64,000 bases of DNA. It comes from Psammoneis japonica. Its lineage: Eukaryota. The stretch covers positions 1-64,000 of the forward strand of contig QPGO01000009.1 in the NCBI GenBank assembly GCA_008632985.1. Reading direction: 5' to 3'. Positions 26,999-39,085 of the stretch are shown here, one piece after another (position 1 is the stretch's first letter; every line of letters begins with the position of its first letter). Under the pieces are notes generated by a model. It saw only the letters and a list, made by a program, of their open reading frames with translations. It did no database searches and was not told where the DNA came from. The translations under genes and the position numbers were made by a program.

Positions 26999-27759
26999 AG
27001 GAGCGCTTTCTCGTCGGGCACGTTGGATCATTCTACAATATGTAGTATGTTAATCTTCCCCAGTCTGATAAAGTAAGCAAATACATTTCATTTGCAGGGG
27101 AACATGCCGGTAGTGGCTTTTTGGTCAATAGGCAGGACTCATCTGGAAAGGAGAATGACTGGAGGAAATGTAAAGGATCCAAGCTGCCCTGAAAATCTCG
27201 TCGGTTCCATCTCAGCTCCTTACAACTACCAAGGCGTGCCGCTCAAAAATAAGGCTTTCAAGTAAATATTGAGGCGCAAAGCAGAGATGTTATGAGAAAT
27301 GCTTTTGTTTTGAAATTCAACGCCTCTAGTAGAGTGTAGCTAAGTTAGCCTCTCTACGAGAGAGAGTTGGAGGCGGTGATACTAGATGGCTATCTCGTAA
27401 CACAATCCAGCTATTTGAATTGATGCCAGTGCCTCGCAAACTCTTTCGTCCGCTTTATATACCAGTTCATCAGATGACTGGTCGATCCAGCTACAGTCTG
27501 CGTCATGGGTGTACTTGAAAGAGAGCACTTGTTGCTGCCAACACCTTCTCTTGGAACTTGCATGCTCCCAGATATGCCAACATTGTAAGAGCAACAAGTG
27601 CCAAAAGAACCAATGATTTCCAATGAAGTCCACTTTCAGGAGAGTTCATAGCAGGGCTTGAGATTGATTGGTCGAGAATAACTCGGGGATGTCGCACATC
27701 GTTTGTCGCCAAAATGTCGACCGATCCGTACTCAACTGCAGGAACAATACGTCTTCCTT

Positions 27760-28960
27760 GTTTCATAATGCAGCTGTCAACTATCAACTATGCAAACTAT
27801 ACATAGGCTTTTCTTTTCAATACCCAAGACGATTCAAAGAGATGCTCTCTCCACCAGTAAGAGTGCGGGGGTCTGATGGTTGGTGTCACTCGTCACTCTA
27901 TGAACCTCAGCGGCCGGTGGCGAAAATCGAAACTGCAAAATGCGGGAGTTTGTCAAGTGCCTGATGTTTGTTTTGTGACACCGCGGGCGGAACGAACGAC
28001 TGGCGACTGGCGCACGACAGCACACGACTCGGGTGACCGGGTCGCGTTTCTTGCCGGTGTCGTGACCTGGACGTACGAATGGTTGGACAGAACCCCGATG
28101 AATTGAACACAGCTTGCCCTGGGACGTTCAAGAACGTGCCTTTATGCTGGCATGGCCACCCACCAATGATCATCTTTGGTTGAAGGTGTGCAGCAGCCAG
28201 TCTTGCACAGGGCGCAGCTTGCGCGAGGCTGAGAGGTGGTGGCTTGCAACAGCCAGGCGACAGACAGCAAGCTCCGGGCGCTCAGCACAGGCTCCTGAGG
28301 AGCCAGTCATCTCCTCACAAGAGAGCAGCTCACAAGCCCACAACTGCTGTGGCATGCATCCACCACACACACTTGCTTTGTCTCGGCTTTGTTGGGCTTT
28401 GCTGCAAAAAACAGCGCTTCTCACTCAGCGTGCTTTCTCCTCCACAATGTGGAGCACAAGGTTGGGTTGTTGCAAGCTCACTCCAACATGCATGCCCAGC
28501 CAAGTGCTGGCATGATGCAGCTGTCAACTGTGCAAACTTTTCACAGGCTTTTCTTTTCAGCACCCAAGACGATTCAAAGAGATGCTCTCTCCACCAGCAT
28601 CTGAAGGTTGGTGTCACAGCGGCCAGCGGCAAAACTCGAAACTGCAAAATGTGGGAGTTTTGGCAAATGCCAAGTGCGCAATGTTTTCTTTTGTGATGTG
28701 ATTGTCAGCGACACTGGACACCACCTGTGACGAGGGATGAACGAACATGGAATGAACGGCTGGCGACTGGTGCACTGCAGCACACAACTCAACTCACTCA
28801 AGTTGACTGGGTCATGTTTCTCGCTGATGTCACAACCTGGACAAGGGGTGCTGGGACAGAGCCCAGATGACTTGAACACAGCATGCCCTGGGGTGTTCAA
28901 GAACATGCCTTCATGCTGGCATGGCCACCATCCAAGGATCGTCTTTGGTTGACAAGGTGT
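27760..28960. repeat. tandem diverged duplication (~27760-28500 vs ~28510-29370) straddling the left edge of island 3
   Basis: Shared blocks such as CCCAAGACGATTCAAAGAGATGCTCTCTCCACCAG and GTCATCTCCTCACAAGAGAGCAGCTCACAAGCCCACAACT. Confidence 0.85.
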
Positions 28961-29699
28961 GTGCAACAGCCACCAGCCTTGCCCAGCCAGGGTGCAGCAG
29001 CTTGCCTTGCTTGGGGCTGACATGGTGGCTTGCAACAGACAGGCAATGGACAGGCAGCGTGGGGTGCTCAGTGCTCAGCAGGCCCCTGGGCAGCCAGTCG
29101 TCTCCTCACAAGAGAGCAGCTCACAAGCCCACAACTCCTGCATGGTGTGCATCCGCCACACACTTGCTCTGTCAGGATTTTGTTGGGCTGGTGCACTGCA
29201 AAAAACAGCACTTCTTGAAAGCTGTGATGTGCAGTCTTTTGTGCTGCTCTGCCAAGAGACAGCACTGGCAGCCTTGAAGTGCTTTCTCCTCAACAATGTG
29301 AAGCACAAGGCACAAGGTTGGGACATTGCAAGCTCAGTCCAACATGCACGCCCAGCCAAGTGCCAGCAGGCATGCCACATGATGGCAGCACCCCCCGAGT
29401 GATGAGAGGCAAAGTGGTTCAGCACACTGCTGCCTCAGCCCTCAGCCCATCATCCAAGTCTTCATGCAGCAGCAATCTTCAGCGGTCCAACTGCGCTTCA
29501 TGGCTTTTGCCATTGCAGCCTTGACAACTCCACCAAAAGAGTTTCCCTCAATGTCCACATGCCCAAGCTTGTTGTTTTTTGCACAGAGGCAGTGTTGTCA
29601 TCTTGCCAGCTGTTCCCCCCCAGCACTTTCATCCAGAGAGCACAGCTCTCTAACTCAGAATGATTGCCACAGCGGGCACACCATTTTCTGTGTTGTGGA

Positions 29700-32600
29700 A
29701 AGAAAAAGAGTTGATTTCATGGGTGATGAGAGTTTTTGTCAAAAATGGCAGCAACAGCTGCACAGACGTGGCCCGAAAGCAATGTGGTGTTGAGTCACCT
29801 GTGTGGCTCATTTTCCAAGGTGTTGGCCTGATGCCACCTCATGTCATGACCTTCAGCCCAGCTTGTTCAAGCCACACAAATGTCGTCTCAAGCTTTCTGA
29901 GATGATCTTGCCAGAAGTCACCTTTTGTGAGGCATGGTGTGTCATCAACATGAGTTCTGACAAACTCTCCAAGCCATGAGCTTCATCTGCAACATGTTTC
30001 TGTGCTTGACAAGAGTGCAACTTGTCAATGATTGAAATTTTTGCATGCATGCTGATTGCATCTGCAGATCTTCAATGCACACAATTGTCAATTTTGTTTC
30101 TTGGCACACAAACAAACAAATCTTTTTTTCTCGTTTCAAGCCACCTGTGTGGCTCATTCTGTCCACATTTTAAACACTTGTTGAGAACAGCTTCGCTTGT
30201 TTTTTTCCTTCCATTTGTCAGATCTCTGTTTTTGTTCAAGTCGTGTCAAGTCACCTGTGTGGCTCATTTTGTCCTCATTTTGAACTCTTGTTGAGAACAG
30301 CTTCATTTGTTTTTTTTCCTCTGTTTGTCAGATCTCTGCCTTTGCTTTAGTTGCCCATGTGGCTCATTTTGTCCTCATTTTAAACCTCTCAAGAACAGCT
30401 TCATTTGTTTCCTTTTCCTTCCATTTTGTCAGCTCTCTGCCTTTGCTTTGATCTGTCTCTGCTGCACCTGTCCTTTGTTCCTGCTGGACACTGCACCACT
30501 CATTCTCCAATCTAGTGACATCTGCCAACACAACAGTGGCACACCCCAGCCACAATCCACTTTGTTGTGTCCTGGTTGGATGTGTGACAATGACAACAAC
30601 AACAACAACAACAAGCATGCTCTCCAAAGACATTTTCAAAGGCATGTCCAGTGTTTTCTTTCTTCATTTTAGCCTGAACCCTGACAATGACTGTGGGAAG
30701 CACACCCCCAGTGCTGCAGGAAGAGAAGCACTGGGAACAGCAGGAAGAGCAGCTTGGATTTAAACTTGCCAACAAGGCATGGTCTTTGCATGTCATGAAG
30801 CAAGCAATGGCTCTGCTGCTTGGAAAGCCACTGCTTGATGACAGAAACTGGGAAGATTGTTTCGTCTTCTTCCCTGTCACCATCACCACAAATCAAGACA
30901 ATGGCCAAGAGTTCATCAGCCACACATCCTCTTTTCCAAGGGGTTCATTCTGGTGTTGAGTTTGATGACATGTCTTGGAGTCTCCAATTGGAGCAACAGG
31001 CTTGCCGGGTGGATGGTGCATGATGCACAGGCCAGCGCCACTTGAGAAGCTAAAACGGAGCATGTGGTGGTGTCCCCATGTCCCAGCAAACATTTGCCAA
31101 ATGCCAAGCCACATCATTGCAAGTGCACATTGGCTTGAGTTGCTGCCTGCATGACATGCACCCCAAATGCACTGAGTCTGCATTTGCTGAGTGGGCTGGC
31201 CCAATTGTGGTGTCTTTGCACTCTTGATTTGGGAAGCTGCAGGCCTTGTCTTGGGCAGCAGCAGCCCCGCTGCATGATTCCTCCACAAACAAGAAGATGC
31301 CCAGCTGCACAAGGTGTGGAAGCATGAGGCCAACAGATGTGAAAAAGGAGGTGTTGCAGTTGTCTTGGAATGGCATTGGAGGGCTTCAGTGGGTTGTCAG
31401 GGACATGCTGACAACCATGGTTGGGGAGCAAATGCCTGGTCTTGTGTCAACACAGCACCTTGTCTCTCTGACATGACTGGCTTGGGCCCAGCAAGCCAAC
31501 CTTCCAGGACAAGCACAGATGTGGCAAAGGAGGTGTGCAGTTGTCTTGGGATGGCATTGGAGGACTCTCGCGGGTTGCCAGGGACATGCTGACAACCATG
31601 GTTGGAGAGCAAATGCCTTGTCTTGCGTCAATGCAGCACCTTGTCTCTCTGACATGGTTGGCTTGAGGCTTTGACCCAGCTGGCCCACCTGCAGAGACAA
31701 GGGACACATCTGTGCAACAGCGCAAGTGCTCCATTGTCTTGAGTGGCATTGGATGACTCCATTGGATCCCAGAAAATGCAATGACAACAATGGCTGGGAA
31801 GCAAAGGCGTTGTCTTGTGTCAATGCAGCCCTTTGTCTTGCTGACATGACTGGGTTTGGCCCTGCCACCCCACCTGCAGAGACAAGAAAACCATCTGTGC
31901 AACAGCGCAAGTGCTTGGTCATGTTGGGATGGCTTTTGGTGACTCCAATGGATCCCAGAGGATCCAACAACAACAATGGTTGGGAAGAAAAGGTCTTGTC
32001 TTGTCTCTCTGACATGACTGGGTTTGGCCCAGCTGCCCCACCTGCAGAGACAAGAAAAGCATCTGTGCAACAGTGCAAGTGCTCAGTTGTCTTGGGATGG
32101 CATTGGATGACTCCATTGGGTTCCAGGGGATGCAATGACAACAATGGTTGGGAAGCAAAGGCCTTGTCTTGTGTCAATGCAGCCCCACATCTCTCTGACA
32201 TGACTGGGTTCTTCGGCCCAGCCACCCCACACACAGAGACAGGGAAACCATCTGTGTGACAGCGCAAGGGCTCAGTTGTCGTGAGATGGCTTTTGGTGAC
32301 TCTGTTTGATCCCAGAGGACACAACAACAACAATGGCTGGGAAGAAAAGGTCTTGTCTTGTGTCAATGCAGCACCTTGACTCTCTGACATGATTGTGGGT
32401 TTGGCCCAGCCAAGAACCGCTTTGCAAGAAAGCCAAGGGAACCATCTGTGCAACAGTGCAAGTGCTCAGTTGTCTTGGGATGGCTTTTGATGACTCTGTT
32501 GGATCTCAGAGAAGCCAACAACATCAATGGCTTGGAAGGAAAGGCCTTGTCTTGTGCCGGTGCAGCACCTTGTCCCTCTGACATGACTGGGTTTGGCCCA

Positions 32601-35110
32601 GCCAAGAACCAATTTGCAAGAAAGACAAGGGAACCATCTGTGTGACAGCACAGGCACTCAGTTGTCTTGAAATGGGCACAAGAGACTTCATTGGGTCTCT
32701 GAGGAGGCAAGAACAACAATGGTTGGAAGGAAAAGCCTGGTCTTGGGCCAGCGCAGCCCCTTTTTTGTCTGATGCGATTGGCTTGCTTTGGCCCAGCCAC
32801 CTCACCTGCAGAGACAAGGGAGCTTTCTGTGCCATGTGACAGTGCAAGTGCCCAGCTGTCTTTGAATGGCCTTGGGTGCCTCCACTGTGTCCCAGGGGAG
32901 CCAAAAACAACCAGGGCAGGGAGCAAGTGAATGGAAATTCATGGTGTTCTTCCCTGTCTCAAGCTGAGGGTGTTTTGCAGGAAGGGACTTCATTGCACTC
33001 CTTGAGAAAGTCAAGATCTTCTTTTTGAACTGCAGGGGAACCACAGCTGTCAGACACATTGTCAAAGGTGTTGACTTCTTCACTGGTGAAGGCTGCAGCA
33101 GCAGCAGCAGATCCTGGGTCACCGGCCTCCCCCAACAAAGAGCCTTGATGTCACCGAGGGCTTGTCCTGGAGCCTTGCCTGGGCTGCCTGGGAGGACCTT
33201 CAGCACCACAAGCACCACCTCCACCACAGCCACCGGTGGTGCTGGTGCAACTGGTGTTGTTGTGGCAAGCACCTTGTGAGCTCTGTTTCTTCTCCTTTTT
33301 CTTGGTGGCATGACCGGGCCAAATGGCAAAAAGATGTTGATTGAGCAACAATGGCTGGGAAGCAAAGACCTTGTCTTGTGTCAATGCAGCACCTTGTCTT
33401 TCTGATGTCATGACAGGGTTTGGCCCAGCCAAGAACAGATTTGCAAAAAGAAAGACAAGAGAGCTTTCTGCATTGTGTGACAGCACAAGCCATCACACAG
33501 ATGAGACAAGGGAGCTTTCTGCACCATGTGACAGTGCAAGTGCCCAGTTGCCTTTGGATGGCCTTGGGTGCCTCCATTGTGTCCCAGGGGAGCCAACAAC
33601 AACCAGGGCAGGGAGTCAGCAAATGTGGGTGGTGTTCCCTGTCTCTTGTTTGGATGGAAAATGGAAAACCAACAGAGAACAGAAGAGCAAGACCCGCCTT
33701 AAAGTTGCCCACTTTCTCTCTAAAAGGTTGGTCTCCAAAGTTGTCATTTCAATGGCATGAAGGGTCTGTTTCTGAGCTTTCTGGAGAGAGAGATGATTGT
33801 CTTGTTTTGGCAGCAGCAATTTTTAACACACCAAATGGCAAAAAGACGTTGATTGAGGTCCCCGAGCTGGGAGTGTGCAGCACGAGTGAAACAATTTCAA
33901 TCTTAACAAGAACACATTGATGTGATGAAATCAAACTTTTTGAACGCATGTTTGGCATCAAGGACTGAATGATTCACTGAGGCAGTTTCAAATCGTTCAA
34001 ATCATTGTGTTAAAACAAAATCATTGATTTTCAAAACAAAATTGTTGCTCAAAAAGAGATGCCAACAGGAATCAACTGATGGTCAGGCTTGCATTTTGGC
34101 CAAAAACATGAATTGTTGCTCCCTCACAAGACACAAAAAATGCAAACTCAAGTTGCACCCGATGTCTGACAATGAGAGCAGTGGGGACAGGCAGCAGCAT
34201 TGTGGACAGGACAACACAAGCAAAATGCAGGCAAGTGGCAAATGCATGGAGGTGGGTGCACAATGAAAACAACTGACACCCACACACATTTTTGCACACA
34301 GACATCCAGACATGTGACCTGACCTGCAGCCAATGGAAGATGGGCAATGGGGAAGGGCACAAAGGTGAGCAGAAGCAGTGCATGAGATGAGAGATTGCAA
34401 GAAAAACAAGACATGCACAAAACCCAATTGTTGGCACAAAATTTTCTCTTGTTGCAGGCGACACTTTGGCCTGTCAAACAGAAGGAATGCAAGACAGATC
34501 ATTGCAGGACGATGTTGTTGCCTGGTGCAGATGATCACAGAGCGAGAGTGGTTGCAAGTGAGGACACAAGGACCAAAAAATCACACCCATTGTGTGGGAA
34601 TTGTGAAGGACAACAGGAACTGGTGGAATGCAGGAAAAAACAAGAACAGGAAAAAGGGAGCATTGTTTGGTGTGCAGCACAGAAATGATGAAATGGAACA
34701 TTTGCAAAACAGACAACAAGCAGCACACAGCCAGTGCACAATCAGGTTTGCAAGACAATTGAGCACCATCATTGTCAAAAACAAACAATGTCAGAAAGTT
34801 GTTGTGAACACACAATTGTCAAGATAGAAACAATTGCAAGTGACAAGTTTCATCAACTGTCATTTCCTGCTTGGAAGGTCAGTTTAATTGTGGATGGATG
34901 CAAAAGCAATGTCAAAACAAGTGGACATGAAAAATTGACAAGAATGTGTGCATGATGCAACTGATTTGTGTCAACTGTTAAACCCCACTTGGAAGGTTCA
35001 AACAACAATTAAATTCCTTTTGTCAACAATTGTCAAGGACTTGTTGAGGACACACAATTCTGAAGAAGAGAGTGTGAGTTCTGATTGAGAGCCACAATGT
35101 TTTCCATGCA
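29700..35110. repeat. left arm of a ~5-kb diverged inverted repeat (partner 41710-46860; 29960-30250 also matches 47940-48230)
   Basis: CATTTCCTGCTTGGAAGGTCAGTTTAATTGTGG (34861) is the reverse complement of ~41940-41972. (CAA)n-GCATGCTC at ~30595 matches GAGCATGC-(TTG)n at ~46523. ORF translations are shared on opposite strands. Confidence 0.9.
31380..33620. repeat. tandem array of diverged ~175-195-bp units
   Basis: TTGTCTTGTGTCAATGCAGC...CTCTGACATGACTGGGTTTGGCCC recurs at ~31440, 31620, 31810, 32165, 32350, 32550 and 33370. Confidence 0.85.
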
Positions 35111-35699
35111 CATGCTTGGCTGTCATGCTGCTGCTTGCATGTGAAGGGCTGGGGGTCCATTTTGTCAACAGCAGTGCTGTTTTGCCAATGGTCAATGTTT
35201 TGCCACATGCAATTGTGTTGTGACCCTGTTTGGACAGTTGTGCAGAATCTTTCAGGGTGCTCTGCAAGATTTTTGAGTTGATGCACACAAATGTCAAAAG
35301 CCAAGAAAAGTTCAATGACACGCAAATGCATCAGAGACCAACATGAATTTGTCTTCCTTGTGAACCATGTTGTCCTGCCTGCTTGCACCTCACACATGCA
35401 TTGTCAACACACGGCACAAGTTGCAGCACATGTGAAAGACCAAATCAAGCTCCAGCTTGCCACAGAATGCAAGCCACATTGTTGTTGTCAACCATTGAAG
35501 AAGCATTGAACATTTTGTTGCAACTGTTTGTTTGTGAAGACAATGAGATGCAGCCATTTGGCAAAGTGTCCAATTGATGATGCACAGCCACTCTGTCTCC
35601 AACTCCAAAGTCATTGATGGCAGGGCCCGGGCACCTGCAGCAGAATCAGCTCTGGTGGCAGTTGCTTGCACAATCAGCACAAGTGCCCTGTCCTTGTTG

Positions 35700-36540
35700 G
35701 AGCATGGTTCCCTGATCTCAAATTGCAGTTGGCTTCATTCTTGCATCAAATCTTCCAGCATGGCATGGGTCCGCTCTCAAGTGTGTGACGCCAAAGGCCA
35801 ACATTTGTGCAAAGCACAGTTGACACTTTTCTCTTGTGGAAATGTTGGAGCCAAGGACAGGCTGTTTTCCAGCTCTGCCCACAAAGCAAGAGCTTGTAAA
35901 GGACACAGCGCTGCAAGTGCTCCTTGCAAGAATCTTTTGAATGCCAGTCGGGTTTCTGCAAGAGAGTGAGAGATGTTGTTGGCTCTCTCATTCTTGCGGT
36001 TGCTCTGCTGCAGGAAATTCCAATTTTGTGATCTTCTGGATCTTTGTCATTCCAGAAGATCTTTGCCCTGTTGGCAGAAGATGTTGCACCATCCTCATCA
36101 GGTGTTGAGCTCTTCACCACCTCTGCACAGATCTGGGTTCTTGAGCTGTCCCCAACATTGGCACCCATCTGAGCAAGGACCAAACAGCCAGAGATGGCAG
36201 AACAAATGACTTCAGGCTCCAAATGTGGCAGGCACAGACAAGGAACACCCTTGGACACCCACCTCTGTCATCTTTTTGCAGCACCTCTCTTGCTGTGACT
36301 CTGCTGAGTTTTTTTTTTCTTGGCCAAGACAAGTCTCTCTTTGCGCTGTTTGCTTCAGCTGCCATGTCAGTTGCTCCCTCCCCCCCCTCCCTCCTGAAGC
36401 CACTCAGTCTGTCAGCCGAAGAAGCCTTTGGCAAGGCTGCATTTGGCATTGTTGACAATTGCTGCAACAGTGCAGTGCTTGGGACAAAGCTCAAGCTCAT
36501 GCTTTGATCTGAGAGGGAGATGAAGGTTCGCACAGTGAAG
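35700..36540. repeat. diverged direct repeat of 50620-51500 carrying a remnant minus-strand reading frame
   Basis: ORFs 35746-36258 and 50653-51243 share AQMGANVGDSSRTQICAEVVKSS.PDEDGATSSANRAKIFWNDKDPEDHKIGISCSR. Confidence 0.9.
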
Positions 36541-36711
36541 CTCTGGAACACGGGTGCGCCAACCGACTCCGAATGTAAGCCTTCAGACATTTAGACGAGT
36601 GTTGACACTCTTTTCGATCGCCTGATGACGTGACATGATATGAGATTCATCGGTCCCCCCATGTCAACGGAATCCAAAATTTTGAATTTGAACAAACAGA
36701 CAGTGGAAACC

Positions 36712-39085
36712 TCAATGGGCACATCGCAACAAATGTGCAACAAATGCGACAAAGCCGAGATTTGCAACCCGACATGGTTTCCTGTGCACGTGTCATGGAA
36801 TGACAGTCGAAAAGCACCGACCCCGATGCCTCCTTAACGGCGCTGGACCTTTTGGAGCAAGCAACCGAAATGTACAATCGCGCAACGAAGGAAGAGCACA
36901 TGCCGAATCTAAGAACGTTCACAATGGCTTTTCTGGTGTTGTCCAAGTGCCCACAACGTGTTGGTAACGTGGTCAAGGGGCACGAGAATTGTTGCAAGAC
37001 CAGACGACATGTGCACAGAGACTCGTCAGCAAGGTCCAAGCTACCCGCATCACCTAAACAATTTGAGGGAAGTTCTTGTCCACAACATGCACGTGTGTTT
37101 TGCAATGAAAAGGAGATAGCCGGAATACTACAACGCATCCGTCTTGCTTTAAGACTGACGACCACCCATTACGGTAGAAGTGCGCATGTGCGAGCTAGAA
37201 GTAGTACTAAGGTAATGTATAGAATTACGAGCGAACGTTTTAGGAACTCTGTTTTCTATTCCTTTTAATTTGAGACGTGTTTTTATTGTCTCTCTAGAGA
37301 GGTATGATTTGTATTTTTTCATGGGAGCCTTGTAAAATTATTGCTCCCAACGAATGCTCTTTTCTCTTCCGTCAATGTTTCAACAACAAGCTTGACTTCC
37401 GAAGCGACACGACTTACATGATAGCAATGCGAGCCTGAAATAGAGTGTGGTCAATGAATTCTCTTTCGTCAATGTTGCCTCTCTGTTTCAACGTGACGTC
37501 TGAAACGGCCTCGGCTTACAGTACTGCGAGCCTGAATTCTTGAGCTGTAAAAGCGAACCGAGATGGCGCAAACGGCAGAGAAAGCGCGTTTCTCTGATAG
37601 ATTGCAAAGTTCTTGAACCGACTGAGTCATCAAAATTACGAGTACTAGCCTTCAAATGATCTGACATGGTCACCGGATGTCGTAACAAACACCTCTTCGG
37701 AAGGACTTGTTGGTGGAACCGGTGGGGGCATCTGGTGAGTTTTAGCTACTGCTTCGAGACTACCACACAGGTAGCCTTACTAGGCAACCCCACGACTGAC
37801 GTAATGCCCCCCATTGGTGAAAACGTTGGCGAGTGTTGCGCTACTGCTTCGTGACTATCGGTAAAGGCTGCTTGCCCGGTCCGCCGATGCCCTATTAGGT
37901 AGCCCCGTCTAACGTCCACCTTGCCTTGCGGCAAAATTCGTTCTTCTCCCAACCAATGGATATGCGTGCGAGTTGTTGTGTCACTGCTTCGTGACTATGA
38001 GTAATTGACGAGAGGCTGAAGCCTTCACATCTACCCAAGCCCTAATAGGCGACCCCGCAATCTAACATTCCGTACCTGTGAATTCGTGTGCGAGTTCGCG
38101 TTACTGCTTCGAGTCTGGATAATTGACAAGAGGCCGTCTCGGGTTGCGAGAAAGAGTGCCACGTCTATCCAAGTCCTAATGAGTAACCCCGCTTCCACGT
38201 TCACGCCGCCCCATGGCAGCAAAAGCCACAACAAGTCAAGTACGAGATATTGCTACTGCTTCGGGTAGAGCAATTGACAAGAGGCCGTCTCTTATTCCAA
38301 CGTTGTTGGGAGACTGAGTGCCACGTCTGCTCAATCCTAATGGGTAGCCTCGCATTGCTGCTGTACTTTTCAAAACGTCCTTCTTGGTGAATCCAATCCC
38401 AAACCACAATCAGTACATCGCCTCGCCTTGAATATCCCAGACCGCCGTGCCGCAACCTAGACACGAGCACCTCAACGTATCCGCTTCTTGCCCACAACCA
38501 CGGTGAATGATAATTCTGTCTCTGTGTACGTACAAGAAGGCAAGAGCGAGTTGAGTGGATGAAATACAAAAGAAAAAGGAACAACACGATACACGATCAC
38601 GACAAGAACACACGTACCTTACTCTGCAACGACAAAAGCCGGCAGCAAGCAGAACGCCCATGGCCACTGCAAAGAGCGCCATGGTCAAAAGAGAAACACA
38701 ATCAACTCCTCCATTTTACTGCCGTGTTGTTTGAGTTGATTGTCAGAATTATGAGCAAATCGAGAGCGAGCGGAAGTCAGCATCGGATTGTTCGTGTACC
38801 AGAAGCACGTAAAATCCACGGAGCCTCAGTCCTCGGTCTTCCACGACTCGTGTGCTCTCGGTGCCTGGCAGGTTTCGACAACTTATCCTCTTGTGGGATC
38901 AGATATTTTCAAAAATGTCGGAACCGGTACTGGCATGCCGAATCTTCCAAAAACGAGCGGCAAATCGATCGCGAGCGTCATGGTGAAGTTTCTCGTTTCT
39001 TTGATGATGGATGCTTGATGCTTGTGTGTTGTGTGGTCGCGCGTTGGTTAGTCATCGGATCTTTGCGGACGCACATCAGACGTAC
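36712..39085. repeat. near-identical ~2.4-kb direct repeat, copy 1 (copy 2 at ~52880-55248)
   Basis: Identical or near-identical ORF translations offset by ~16161 bp (37488-37688 vs 53649-53849; 37666-37854 vs 53827-54015). Confidence 0.95.

Larger units (their letters stand above)
28150..36540. other. CpG- and TpA-depleted hypermutated island 3 (decayed repeat/TE DNA)
   Basis: Near absence of TA and CG over ~8 kb, with dense spurious Cys/His/Gln-rich ORFs in all six frames. Confidence 0.9.

Noticed and set aside
37735..38355. CRISPR array
   Set aside because: The conserved core is only ~12 bp and degenerate, spacing is irregular, the spacers are partly homologous, the context is eukaryotic and no cas genes are present.
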